Source: an uncultured Candidatus Saccharibacteria bacterium
GTDB taxonomy: Bacteria; Patescibacteriota; Minisyncoccia; Phycocordibacterales; UBA918
Assembly: GCA_964399295.1 (NCBI GenBank)
Contig: CAYNQD010000001.1
Coordinates: 335,672 to 399,671, forward strand
Reading direction: 5' to 3'
DNA: 64,000 nt
Below are positions 10,936 to 20,449 of this stretch, one piece after another (position 1 is the first letter of the stretch; each line of letters opens with the position of its first letter). The notes under the pieces are model-generated. The model was not told the DNA's origin and did no database searches. It saw nothing but the letters and a program-made list of their open reading frames with translations. The translations under genes were made by a program, and so were the position numbers.

Positions 10936-10978
10936 ACACAACAAAAAAAGACCCCCAGGGGGTCTTTTTTGTTGTGTA
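10936..10978. terminator. bidirectional terminator / near-perfect 20-bp palindrome
   Basis: acacaacaaaaaaagaccccc-a-gggggtcttttttgttgtgt. T/A runs on both sides. Confidence 0.75.
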
Positions 10979-10999
10979 TTTACACATCAATAAAACAGA

Positions 11000-11398
11000 T
11001 TATGGTGTCACCTTAACCACAGGAATCAAAGTATTGATATTCTCATTGGTCGCACCGGTACTTGTTGCCAACAGGTTCACAACTCCCCAGAAAATAAGAA
11101 TCAATACGAATCCTAAAGTAGCGTAAATCATCAGGCTCTTGCCTTTTTCCTTAGACTCGTCATTAGCACCACCCGCAATGAAGTACTGGAACATTCCCCA
11201 GACAAACACCAAGAAACCAATACCAATAATAAATGGAATAAGAACATCATTAGTAAAAGCTAATATATTACTAAGCAAGTCCTGAAAACGACCTCCTCCA
11301 CCACCTGGACTAGCCAACCCTCCCGTTTGAGCCGAAGCTTGAGACATAGGAAGTAAAAAAATCGCTAGTGAGCTTACAAAAAATGTGAAACGTTGCAT
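11000..11398 (-). CDS. pilin-like protein with cleavable signal peptide + 2 TM (TrbC/VirB2-like, paralog 2)
   Basis: 132 aa. Signal peptide ending ...SQASA-Q, Gly-rich linker, then TM-loop(GGANDESKEKGKS)-TM with the WGVV motif shared with paralog 3. Confidence 0.6.
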   Translation of the reverse strand: MQRFTFFVSSLAIFLLPMSQASAQTGGLASPGGGGGRFQDLLSNILAFTNDVLIPFIIGIGFLVFVWGMFQYFIAGGANDESKEKGKSLMIYATLGFVLILIFWGVVNLLATSTGATNENINTLIPVVKVTP

Positions 11399-11521
11399 AA
11401 AAAAATTAATTTAATTAAATACTAATAAAGTACTGTCAAGTAGTATAGCTTATATTTAAGAACTTTTCCAGTGGTCAAAGAGATTCTGTGTATAACCTAC
11501 CAATACCCAAAATACCCCACG

Positions 11522-11800
11522 CTATATACCAAACAAAGATTGCCTGAGCATGGCCACCACTCCCCAGAGAATGGTAGCGAGAACAAATACTATCACCGCC
11601 ACCATAGCTGCCTGCTTCCCCTCTCCCCTCTTCTTTTCGTCACCGGCATTTATGACCCAAGCGTCGATTATTTTCCACATCAGGTACAGAAAAAGCAGAC
11701 CCAGAAGAGTCGGTATCAAAACGTTGATGAGGCTCAAAAATAAATCTACTAATTGTTTGAAAGTGGTTGGTGGTGTCATATTTTTACGTAAAGGAACCAA
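11522..11800 (-). CDS. small 2-TM pilin-like protein (paralog 3)
   Basis: 92 aa. TM-loop(NAGDEKKRGEGKQAA)-TM ending ILWGVVAML. An alternative ATG at 11779 would remove the 17-nt overlap with paralog 4. Confidence 0.55.
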   Translation of the reverse strand: MVPLRKNMTPPTTFKQLVDLFLSLINVLIPTLLGLLFLYLMWKIIDAWVINAGDEKKRGEGKQAAMVAVIVFVLATILWGVVAMLRQSLFGI

Positions 11801-12068
11801 CTAGATTTTTAATGATTTCCGCTATCACAACCGCTCCGATAATCAACACTCCGCCAATAATGGCATACATCAAGGCGCGTGAGGCTTGTTGTACCTGCTC
11901 GGCATTGCCCCTGGCTGTCACATAGAGAAAGCCGGCATATATGATAAAGAAAATAACAATGGGCATGGCGATAACAATCACTATATTTAAAATTGCGACC
12001 AGAAGCTCTTCAATGGAGTTCACATTTATAGGATTGTTTAACTTGAAGGAAGTTTTTATTGGTGACAT
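11784..12068 (-). CDS. small 2-TM pilin-like protein (paralog 4; best fit to CPR T4SS-pilin pattern)
   Basis: 94 aa. IIYAGFLYVTARGNAEQVQQASRALMYAIIGGVLIIGAVV fits the pattern I recall for the CPR TrbC/VirB2-like pilin family (Pfam T4SS_pilin, cited from memory). Confidence 0.6.
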   Translation of the reverse strand: MSPIKTSFKLNNPINVNSIEELLVAILNIVIVIAMPIVIFFIIYAGFLYVTARGNAEQVQQASRALMYAIIGGVLIIGAVVIAEIIKNLVGSFT

Positions 12069-12086
12069 AAAACATTGATAACTAAG

Positions 12087-13388
12087 CTAATAAATTTGTT
12101 GCAAACGGGCAACGGTGTCTCCGGCTACGGACGTGATGTTGCGACGGTTTGAGCTGATGTCTTCTATGGACTGAGTAAATACACCTCTGACACGATCTGG
12201 ATCGGGGTTTAGCCAAGCCCTAGTGTTGAACGCGGAGCTGTATATTACTCTTCCATAGACATCATTGCTGCCCATTTGCAAAGACGTACGATACACCGGT
12301 GCCAGATTATTGGCATCAGCTATTCTTTTAGCGAATTGCTGTTCGCCTAGGGTGTTCATCACGGTATAAGCACCGGACTTATTTTTGGCCGCTTTCAACA
12401 CAAACAAACCGTAAAAATTGCCGTAAGTGCGCTTGTTGACTACATTTTCTCCTTGTGGAACCTCAGCAATATCAAAGCTTAAATTTGGATTTTTGGCTTC
12501 CAGCTCCCTGCCTTCACTGCCAAATCCAAAATAAAGAGCCAGGTCTTCACGTAAAAACATGTCCCGATCCAAAGATAAGGAACGATTCCAGCCATAGAGA
12601 GAATTGTTTACATTGCTGAAGCTGGTAAAGAAAGTAAGAGCGGTGGTTAGTGGAGCCGCCGTGCTACCAGCTGAAGTGTTTAAATTTACGCGATACTGCG
12701 AACCGCTTTCACCAACTAAATTGCTACCGGATTGAATCAACAACATTGATAAAATGGGGAAGGAGTTTTTTATATTTGTATATTCACCCATGGCAACGGC
12801 TGATTTTTGGATAGTGCGATTGAAGTCTCTTTTGGTGAGAGCTGGTGCCACGTCATTTACTATTTCCTCCCAGGTGGCTGGTGGTGTGAGAAAACCATTA
12901 GTAGATAAAGTGTCTCGATTCCAGTACATTACCAAAGGATCTACGGCTATAGGAAAAGCATAAACTCCGTCGTTTAGAGCAAAAATACCAGCTCCGTCAA
13001 TGTACCGATTTCTAAAATCCCTAACCGGAAAAGATTCATAAGGTATAGACTGGAGCCGACTGCGATGTTTTACCATTCTTTCGTGTGACATTAGCAAAAT
13101 ATCCGGCGGGTTTTGGTCAGCCAAAGCATCAACGACCATGCGATCAAAACTTTCCGGTGCAATGTAACGATAAGAGACGTTTCTATAGGAGTCATAGGTT
13201 TCGGACAACTCCCCTAATATTTGACTAAAGACGGTCGCTGGTAAGGTTCCCCAAATGGTCACTGGTCCGCTTACAATAACAGCACTGTCATCGGGCTTTG
13301 GCTCATAAGTACGCATCAAAAACAAAGCTACTAGCGCCAAAACACCAAAAGTCATTACTAAACCTAATTCAAAAGGACGAAGTTTCAT
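12087..13388 (-). CDS. membrane-anchored extracellular solute-binding-protein-like protein (ABC SBP family 1-like)
   Basis: 433 aa. N-terminal TM anchor. IWGTLP...QNPPDILLMSHERM pattern reminiscent of sugar-type SBPs. 4-nt overlap with the downstream methyltransferase gene. Confidence 0.45.
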   Translation of the reverse strand: MKLRPFELGLVMTFGVLALVALFLMRTYEPKPDDSAVIVSGPVTIWGTLPATVFSQILGELSETYDSYRNVSYRYIAPESFDRMVVDALADQNPPDILLMSHERMVKHRSRLQSIPYESFPVRDFRNRYIDGAGIFALNDGVYAFPIAVDPLVMYWNRDTLSTNGFLTPPATWEEIVNDVAPALTKRDFNRTIQKSAVAMGEYTNIKNSFPILSMLLIQSGSNLVGESGSQYRVNLNTSAGSTAAPLTTALTFFTSFSNVNNSLYGWNRSLSLDRDMFLREDLALYFGFGSEGRELEAKNPNLSFDIAEVPQGENVVNKRTYGNFYGLFVLKAAKNKSGAYTVMNTLGEQQFAKRIADANNLAPVYRTSLQMGSNDVYGRVIYSSAFNTRAWLNPDPDRVRGVFTQSIEDISSNRRNITSVAGDTVARLQQIY

Positions 13389-13930
13389 AATTTTCTAACG
13401 GTAAATCCGTAGTGATGGTCTCCAGCCGGAAACTCACGCTCTAAAATAAATTCTAAAGATTCAAACAAACTAATAGCCTTGTCTTTGGTAACCACATCCT
13501 TTGGCTGTGGCCCAATACCGCCAAAGGATTCAGACCAATCAATAACATGCAGCAAGCCGCCAGTTTTTAAAACTCTTCTGATTTCCTTAATCGCTTTCTC
13601 TTTGTTTTCAAATTGAAAAAAAGTATTAACCAAAATACCGGCATCCAAAGCTCCATTAGCTAGCTTTATGCCGTTTTCTTCTTCCAAGTCGCACCAGAGC
13701 GGATGTACGTTTGGGAGATTGCTTAGGCGTATAAACTCGCTGAGTTTTTCCACTAGTTGCTTCTGGATTTCGCAAGCGTAGACTTTTCCCTCCTGTACAC
13801 TCTCTGATAGTATCTTGAGAAAAAAGCCGCTGCCCGCGCCAAAGTCTGCCACCACGTCTCCGGGTTTTAGGTTGAAGTGAGTAGAAACCACTTCAGGCAC
13901 CACAAAGCGTCCTGATAAAACGAAATTCAT
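13385..13930 (-). CDS. class I SAM-dependent methyltransferase
   Basis: Motif I VADFGAGSGFF, post-I acidic residue, motif II region. 181 aa. Confidence 0.75.
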   Translation of the reverse strand: MNFVLSGRFVVPEVVSTHFNLKPGDVVADFGAGSGFFLKILSESVQEGKVYACEIQKQLVEKLSEFIRLSNLPNVHPLWCDLEEENGIKLANGALDAGILVNTFFQFENKEKAIKEIRRVLKTGGLLHVIDWSESFGGIGPQPKDVVTKDKAISLFESLEFILEREFPAGDHHYGFTVRKL

Positions 13931-13991
13931 TAGTATATTTTAATACATAATGATGGGATAGGGAAATGAAAAGTGTGAAGTAAGATTAGTT

Positions 13992-14073
13992 CCCACAACA
14001 AACTCACTGTTTGCTCCGCCCACCACCCCAATATCTACCCTCCGCAAATGGTGTGGTTTGTTGTGGGGCGGGG
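13992..14073. repeat. degenerate copy of an ~82-bp palindromic intergenic repeat (family shared with 62653-62734)
   Basis: cccacaacaaactcactgtttgc ... gtttgttgtggggcgggg. Shares a ~22-nt arm with the perfect copy at 62653. Central loop looks reverse-complemented relative to that copy. Confidence 0.55.
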
Positions 14074-14075
14074 TT

Positions 14076-16544
14076 TTACACAAACACCACGCTAGCAATC
14101 GCGTCGCCTTCTCGCATCTTCATTATTCTCACTCCTTGGGTTTGTCGGCCTAGAGTTGGCACGTCTTTCAAGGATAGTTTAATCACCTGCCCTTTTTGGC
14201 TCATAATAACCAATTCCCCATCCAATCTTTCATCTTCCTTCAAAACAATTCCACAAACAATCACTCCGGTCTTATCAGTAACTTTCGCGGTTTTAATACC
14301 CGAACCGCCACGCTTTTGTACTTTGTATTCTTTGGTTGGGGTGGTTTTACCATAACCATGCTCGGCTACAATCAAGATTTCAGTATTTTTGTCGCCCTTT
14401 TTTATTACATCGGCCGAGACCACCACGTCCCCCTTACCCAGCTTCATGGCCGTCACTCCGGCGGCGGTTCGTCCCATTTCTCTGACATCAGATTCCTTAA
14501 ACCGAATAGCTTGACCTTTTAAAGTCACAAATGACAATTCATCACCCTTACCCACAAACTTAGCGGCAATAAGTGAATCGTCTTCCTTGAGAGTAATAGC
14601 AATCAGACCGCTGCGACGCACGTCCTTGAAAGAATTAGCGTCGCTTTTCTTCACCACTCCATTTTTGGTAGCCATCATCAAACTCCAGTTTCCAGCCCAT
14701 TCATCCTTACGAACTGCCAACACGGAAGTTATACTTTCGTCTGAGGACAGAGACAAGAAATTCATAATCGATTTGCCTTTAGTGGCTCGTCGTCCTTCCG
14801 GAATTTCATACATTTTACTCTGGAAAACCTTGCCTTTATCGGTAAAGAAAAGCAAATCACTGTGCGCTGAAGTGGTCAACAGAGTTGTCACCACGTCTTC
14901 TTCTTTGGTATTCAAGTCCACCACACCCACTCCGCCTCGTCTTTGCGTCCTATATTCACTTGGATTTGTCCTCTTTACGTATCCGCCCTGCGTCAAAACC
15001 AACACGCTCTCATCATCCGGCACCAAGTCTTCCTGCGAAAGCTGCTTGACTCCGCCCTTTACAATCTTTGTTCGCCTGTCATCTCCGTATTTTTCGGCCA
15101 CTTCAAGCAGGTCGTCTTTGACAATCTTCATCATTCTGGACTTACTTTTCAAAATCGCTTCCAATTCTTTGATAAGCTTTTGTATAGCTTTTAGCTCGTC
15201 TTCAATCTTCTTTCGCTCCAAGCCCGCCAATTTTTGCAGACGCATATCAAGAATCGCTTGCGCTTGAATTGCAGAAAATTTAAATTCCTTTATCAAAGCG
15301 GCGTGAGCTGAAGGCACGTCCTTGGCCGCTCTAATCAATTTGATAATTTTATCAATGTGATCCAAAGCCTTTTTAAGACCGAGTAAGATGTGTTCACGGT
15401 CTTGGGCTTTGCCTAAATCGTAGGCCGTGCGCCGACGAATAACCTCGGCGCGATGCTTTACATACTCCTGCAAAATAGCCTTCAAAGATAGAGTTTGTGG
15501 GATTCCGTCCACCAAGGCTACCATGTTGTAGTGAAAAGCATCTTCGAGTTGAGTATGCTTGTATAACTTATTTAAAACTGTTTGCGGTTGAGCGCCGCTT
15601 TTGAGCTCAATCACGATTCTGATATCAGAAGTAGACTCATCACGCATGTCGCGAATACCCTCAATACGCTTGTCTCGCACCAAATCAGCAATCTTTACCT
15701 GCAAATCAGCCTTGTTGACGCGATATGGTATGGACGTAATAATTATGGAAAAAGCTCCGCGTTTGTCTTCGACAATCTCAGCCTCGCCTCTGACAATCAC
15801 CCCGCCTTTGCCGCCCGAGTAAGCGTGAGCAATATCTTTTTGATTAAAAGCAATGGCACCAACCGGAAAATCCGGACCTTTGACAAACTTAAGCAAGTCG
15901 TCGGTCGAAGCCTCGGGATTGTCAATCAAATGCGCTACCGCATTGGCCACTTCACGCAAGTTGTGCGGCGGAATGTTTGTGGCCATACCCACCGCGATTC
16001 CCAAAGAACCCATCAGAAGTAGGTTGGGCACGGCGGCTGGCAAGACGATAGGCTCTTTCTTAGTGCCGTCAAAATTTGGCCGCCAATTTACCGTGTCTTT
16101 CTCAAGATCACGAAGCATTTCTTCCGCCAATTTCGACATTTTGGCTTCCGTGTAACGATAAGCGGCGGCGGAATCTCCGTCAATCGAACCAAAGTTTCCT
16201 TGTCCCAAAACCAACGGATAGCGCGTGGAGAAATTTTGAGCCAACTTTACCATTGCTTCATACACAGAAGCGTCGCCGTGTGGGTGCAGGCTACCAAGCA
16301 CGTCTCCCACCACGGTAGCGGACTTTCTAAACTTGGCGCTAGCCGTCAAGCCATTCAAACGCATGGAATAAAGAATACGGCGATGCACCGGCTTAAGACC
16401 GTCGCGCACGTCTGGTAAAGCTCTCTGAGTAATCACGGACATCGCGTAGTCAAGATAGGCATTTTCCATCTCGCTGGCGATACTTTGCGTGATGATTCCG
16501 CGCGGAGATTCCGGAGTTTCGGTGGTGATTGTCTTTTTCGGCAT
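14076..16544 (-). CDS. gyrA: DNA gyrase subunit A
   Basis: Active-site region [13 protein letters not shown]-terminal GyrA fold, C-terminal beta-pinwheel with GyrA-box-like QRRGGVG. 822 aa. Confidence 0.9.
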   Translation of the reverse strand: MPKKTITTETPESPRGIITQSIASEMENAYLDYAMSVITQRALPDVRDGLKPVHRRILYSMRLNGLTASAKFRKSATVVGDVLGSLHPHGDASVYEAMVKLAQNFSTRYPLVLGQGNFGSIDGDSAAAYRYTEAKMSKLAEEMLRDLEKDTVNWRPNFDGTKKEPIVLPAAVPNLLLMGSLGIAVGMATNIPPHNLREVANAVAHLIDNPEASTDDLLKFVKGPDFPVGAIAFNQKDIAHAYSGGKGGVIVRGEAEIVEDKRGAFSIIITSIPYRVNKADLQVKIADLVRDKRIEGIRDMRDESTSDIRIVIELKSGAQPQTVLNKLYKHTQLEDAFHYNMVALVDGIPQTLSLKAILQEYVKHRAEVIRRRTAYDLGKAQDREHILLGLKKALDHIDKIIKLIRAAKDVPSAHAALIKEFKFSAIQAQAILDMRLQKLAGLERKKIEDELKAIQKLIKELEAILKSKSRMMKIVKDDLLEVAEKYGDDRRTKIVKGGVKQLSQEDLVPDDESVLVLTQGGYVKRTNPSEYRTQRRGGVGVVDLNTKEEDVVTTLLTTSAHSDLLFFTDKGKVFQSKMYEIPEGRRATKGKSIMNFLSLSSDESITSVLAVRKDEWAGNWSLMMATKNGVVKKSDANSFKDVRRSGLIAITLKEDDSLIAAKFVGKGDELSFVTLKGQAIRFKESDVREMGRTAAGVTAMKLGKGDVVVSADVIKKGDKNTEILIVAEHGYGKTTPTKEYKVQKRGGSGIKTAKVTDKTGVIVCGIVLKEDERLDGELVIMSQKGQVIKLSLKDVPTLGRQTQGVRIMKMREGDAIASVVFV

Positions 16545-16603
16545 AAAATTAATTTAAATCGTAGGAATGTTAAAACAATGGGCAGTATAACACACATTAA
16601 AAG

Positions 16604-17116
16604 CTAAAATCCATAGTCGGGGGTGGTGCTAGTGGAATTGATTTGACTGGCAGAAGTAGTAATAATCTGCACTTCCTGATAGATTGACTGGCTTGATGTT
16701 GCACTTCCGGTATCATTATTTGGATTTGTTTCCACGTCTTGGTTTTGATTGTCGGAGGAGGTTGCCGGTGCTAATTGATTATTTTTGTTTATAATTCCGA
16801 TATCTTCCTCACTCAAAATGATACTGGACGCGTTGCCAGTGACTTCAGTTTTTGTTTCTTGGTCATTTAACACTCCTTCCGTGCTCTCTGAAACTGCGGA
16901 TTTTAGACTGGCCAATTGCTCTTTTGATTGTTTGAGTAAGTTGGAAAAAGGCGTTTTTCCTTCGCTTATGTTCAGGGGAATAAAATCCTGCTTCGGGCTA
17001 CCAATAAGCCAAACCAAAGCCACCACTCCCGTAAAGACGGTCGCGATGCCAAAAGCGTAATTATTTCGTACATTTTTGGGTTGTCGGTAGAGGTGTTTCA
17101 ACAATTTTGTAATCAT
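16604..17116 (-). CDS. hypothetical membrane-anchored low-complexity (Ser/Thr/Asn-rich) protein
   Basis: 170 aa. Single N-terminal TM then a polar low-complexity tail. Confidence 0.45.
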   Translation of the reverse strand: MITKLLKHLYRQPKNVRNNYAFGIATVFTGVVALVWLIGSPKQDFIPLNISEGKTPFSNLLKQSKEQLASLKSAVSESTEGVLNDQETKTEVTGNASSIILSEEDIGIINKNNQLAPATSSDNQNQDVETNPNNDTGSATSSQSIYQEVQIITTSASQINSTSTTPDYGF

Positions 17117-17132
17117 GGTTTTGTTGTTTGTA

Positions 17133-17753
17133 CTAAGCTTTCAAAATTAATACTTCCCCTTCCATGATTGACACGTCTTTTTTCTTTATGGTTAATTTTT
17201 CTATTGGCTTCAAATCTTCTGAGCCAATTTCTTTTAGGAAAGCCTTGAGAGCTGTTTGCTCATAATGCATGGGGATTATCAGCTTGGCCTCCAATTTGAC
17301 AGCGAGTTTTGAAGCCTCAGGAACATCAAGTACATCGCCACCGCCAATCGGCACAAACAAAATATCAATATCTCCCATCTCACCCAGAATCTTCGGATCA
17401 ATTTCGACATCGCTCAAAGCTCCCAAGAAAACTAAATTTATATCCTCCAGACGAACTTGATAAATGGTGTTATACCTCTCCACACCTTCATAGATAGTCT
17501 TCACTCCAAAACCCCGAGCGGTCACATTTCCAAACTCATATTCTCCCGGCCCAAAAACCACAAAGGGTTCTTTGTTACCATGAGTTACCTGATCGTAGCC
17601 GTTGAAATCAGGATGATTGAGAGAAATAAAAGCGATATCAGAGCCAAATTTGACCGGTGTAAGTTTTGATTTTTTGGAAATCGGATTAAAAGCCAGCGTC
17701 GTATCGCCAAATGAAACTTTGAAACATTGTTTTCCGTGATGTGTGATTATCAT
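17133..17753 (-). CDS. MBL-fold metal-dependent hydrolase (UPF0173-like)
   Basis: 206 aa. Beta-lactamase-fold pattern (HGKQCFKV...DIAFISLNHPDF...). Resembles the small YtkL/UPF0173 hydrolases. Confidence 0.65.
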   Translation of the reverse strand: MIITHHGKQCFKVSFGDTTLAFNPISKKSKLTPVKFGSDIAFISLNHPDFNGYDQVTHGNKEPFVVFGPGEYEFGNVTARGFGVKTIYEGVERYNTIYQVRLEDINLVFLGALSDVEIDPKILGEMGDIDILFVPIGGGDVLDVPEASKLAVKLEAKLIIPMHYEQTALKAFLKEIGSEDLKPIEKLTIKKKDVSIMEGEVLILKA

Positions 17754-17986
17754 AATGACGATAGTATACGACAGATTAGCCAGAACTAAAAATAATCAAC
17801 GGTGTAGGATTTGCAAAAACCATAGTCTGGACATTATCGCGTGTTTATATTATATTCTTACTCACCTAACAAGGTAATTATAAGTTTCTAGCGACACACG
17901 CTTAATCCTGAGCTCAAGCACCTGGCTATGAGAAATGGTTTGCTCAGACTCGTGTCGTCGGAATAAAGTAAAATAAAAAGTAAATT

Positions 17987-19105
17987 ATGTCAGATAACAC
18001 ATCTGTATCTTCATCCGCTACGGAAAACAGCGTGATGAATTCGTTTATAAGCACTATACCTAGCGCTCCCAAAGAAGGGCAATTGGTGGAAGGGACGGTA
18101 TCGGCCATTGGCCGAGCCAGGGTTTATGTCAACCTACCACCTTTTGGAACCGGTCTTATTTTTGGTCGTGAATACATGAACGCCCGGGACGTTCTACGCA
18201 AGGTCTCGGTCGGTGACACTATCGCCGCCAAGGTGGTTACTTCTGAAAATGAGGATGGTTATATTGAATTATCTCTCAAAGAAGCCAGACAAGCTCTACT
18301 CTGGGCTGATGCTGAAGAAGCGGTAAAACGAGGCACTATTATGAGTCTTGAAGTCAAGGAAGCCAATAAGGGTGGTCTTATCATTGAATGGCAAGGTATT
18401 CAAGGCTTTTTGCCAGCCTCACAGCTTTCTACCGACAATTATCCACGAGTGTCTGATGGTGATAAGGATAAAATCTTAAACGCTCTAAATGGTTTTGTTG
18501 GAAAATACTTGAGCGTAGTAATGATAACCGCCGACCAAAAGGAACATAAGCTCATCTTCTCCGAGAAAGGCTTACAGGAAAAAGAAGAAAAAGAAGAAAA
18601 AGTTGGCAAGTATGAAGTTGGTGATGTCTTAACTGGTGAAGTTACCGGAGCGGTTGATTTTGGTGTCTTCGTTAAGGTGGAGCAGGGATTGGAAGGTTTG
18701 GTGCATATTTCTGAGCTTGATTGGGGCTTGGTTGAAGACACTCGTTCATTATACAAAGTTGGTGATAAAGTGAAGGTAAAGGTGATTGAAGTAAAAGACG
18801 ACAAAATCTCCCTTTCAATCAAACAACTGCGAGAAAATCCTTGGGCGGAAGCAGGACGAAAGTACAAAAAAGACCAGATTGTTGACGCAGTTATTATCAA
18901 ATACAACAAGCACGGTGCTTTGGCTTCAATCGAGGAAGGCGTGGCCGGATTGGTGCATGTATCGGAATTTGAAAATGAAACAACTTTAAAAAGCACTTTG
19001 TCTTTAGGCGGAGTCTACAAGTTTAAAATCACTCTGTTTGAACCAAACGAGCAGCGAATGACACTTTCATTCAAAGAAGCAGATACTGAAACGGTAGCTA
19101 AATAA
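17987..19105 (+). CDS. rpsA: 30S ribosomal protein S1 (short, ~4 S1 domains)
   Basis: Repeated S1 domains (GQLVEGTVSAIGRARVYVNL...; GDVLTGEVTGAVDFGVFVKV...GLVHISEL). 372 aa. Confidence 0.85.
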   Translation: MSDNTSVSSSATENSVMNSFISTIPSAPKEGQLVEGTVSAIGRARVYVNLPPFGTGLIFGREYMNARDVLRKVSVGDTIAAKVVTSENEDGYIELSLKEARQALLWADAEEAVKRGTIMSLEVKEANKGGLIIEWQGIQGFLPASQLSTDNYPRVSDGDKDKILNALNGFVGKYLSVVMITADQKEHKLIFSEKGLQEKEEKEEKVGKYEVGDVLTGEVTGAVDFGVFVKVEQGLEGLVHISELDWGLVEDTRSLYKVGDKVKVKVIEVKDDKISLSIKQLRENPWAEAGRKYKKDQIVDAVIIKYNKHGALASIEEGVAGLVHVSEFENETTLKSTLSLGGVYKFKITLFEPNEQRMTLSFKEADTETVAK

Positions 19106-19123
19106 TATTTAGTGTATAGAGTT

Positions 19124-19154
19124 AAAGCCCCTGCGCCTTCGGCGCAGGGGCTTT
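19124..19154. terminator. bidirectional intrinsic terminator between convergent rpsA and pth
   Basis: aaagcccctgcgcc-ttc-ggcgcaggggcttt, a 14-bp GC-rich stem. Confidence 0.75.
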
Positions 19155-19169
19155 ACTTAATTCATTTGA

Positions 19170-19742
19170 TTAACTTATCTTATCTATTCCCTCTCGCACA
19201 ATAATCTCTAAGATATTCTTAACTCTAACTTTTATTTCATCTAATTCCTCCAATTCTCTTTTTGAGAACTTATTTAAAACAAAATCTGGCAACTCACTAC
19301 CCTCTGGACGCGCTGGTAGACCAGTCTCTGTATTTATAGGTGCAATACCTATGCGTATTCTAGTAAAATCTTTTGTTCCTAAATGATTGATTATGGATTT
19401 TACCCCATTATGTCCGCCGTCTCCTCGATTTTTGGAAATTTTTATATCTCCTAAAGGTAAATCAATATCGTCATGAATTACAATCAGATTTTCAATCTCA
19501 TCCGGCGGTACTAGCTTTTTTACCGCCAGTCCGGAATTATTCATAAAAGTTTCCGGGTAAAGAAAAGTGGTTTTATTCCCCAAAACAGCCCCTTCCGTTA
19601 TACGCCCCTTATAAGCCATGTAACTAACAGGCTCAGATAAACCCAGCTTTTCCACCACGTAATCCAAGACTAAAAACCCCATATTATGGCGGGTATTTTT
19701 GTATTCTTCCCCGGAATTTCCAAGAGCCACTACGTAATGCAT
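19170..19742 (-). CDS. pth: peptidyl-tRNA hydrolase
   Basis: Catalytic motifs TRHNMGF and GGHNGVKS. 190 aa. Confidence 0.9.
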   Translation of the reverse strand: MHYVVALGNSGEEYKNTRHNMGFLVLDYVVEKLGLSEPVSYMAYKGRITEGAVLGNKTTFLYPETFMNNSGLAVKKLVPPDEIENLIVIHDDIDLPLGDIKISKNRGDGGHNGVKSIINHLGTKDFTRIRIGIAPINTETGLPARPEGSELPDFVLNKFSKRELEELDEIKVRVKNILEIIVREGIDKIS

Positions 19743-19840
19743 ATCAGGATTTATTGTACACTAAATACTTTTTATCCCAAGCTGCGAAGTCTAAGCATTG
19801 GTGGTGGAGAATTTTGGAATTTACGAGTTAAAACCAAGTC

Positions 19841-19871
19841 AAAAAAAAACACCGCGAATTAACCACGGTGT
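19841..19871 (-). terminator. putative terminator of the minus-strand gene 19919-20218
   Basis: A9 run followed by acaccg...cggtgt hairpin, read as hairpin plus U-run on the minus strand. Weak stem. Confidence 0.4.
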
Positions 19872-19918
19872 TGACTAAAAATAAAGTTTTATTTTTCATA
19901 ATAAAACCCTTAGTAAAA

Positions 19919-20218
19919 TTAGAATTTATTTTTGATATACCAAAAATAAACCACTGTTTCTTGCCCCTGCCTTTGTAGCAATCGACCCCGGATTCCGAAA
20001 AGTAATCTGCCGGCATAATTATTTTTATGCCAATTTGGCGCAGTCTCACTGTCAAGAATTTCCTCAACCACCACTGGAATTTGTAATAAACCCTCTTCTT
20101 GACACTCAATGGGAGTCAAAGACCAGACTACCATTTCAGCTTCCACCAAAATGGTTTTATTAACCAACTCCTGAGGATTGCTAAAATTTAAAGGTTGAAC
20201 AATAACCTTCTTTTCCAT
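19919..20218 (-). CDS. hypothetical protein (100 aa)
   Basis: ATG at 20218 preceded by RBS AAGGAG. The listed longer ORF has a 36-aa extension without an RBS. Confidence 0.45.
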   Translation of the reverse strand: MEKKVIVQPLNFSNPQELVNKTILVEAEMVVWSLTPIECQEEGLLQIPVVVEEILDSETAPNWHKNNYAGRLLFGIRGRLLQRQGQETVVYFWYIKNKF

Positions 20219-20449
20219 GAAAAGCTCCTTTTTACTAAAAATGTGAAAGAACTGAAAAAACAAAAAAACCTCCGCGAGAGGCCTGTGTTTCTTTATAATG
20301 TTGTTGATTATATCTTTAGCACACAAAACCCTCTCGCTTTACGAGGTTATAAAACCAAAAAAAGAAAAAAGTTGTTGCCTTGTGTGACATACAAATATAG
20401 TAATATAATATGAAATTCTGTCAACAAAAATGTGTTATTATTACCTGTT

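Noticed and set aside
14196-16418. Numerous plus-strand ORFs antisense to gyrA
   Set aside because: All lie inside a strongly supported gyrA reading frame.
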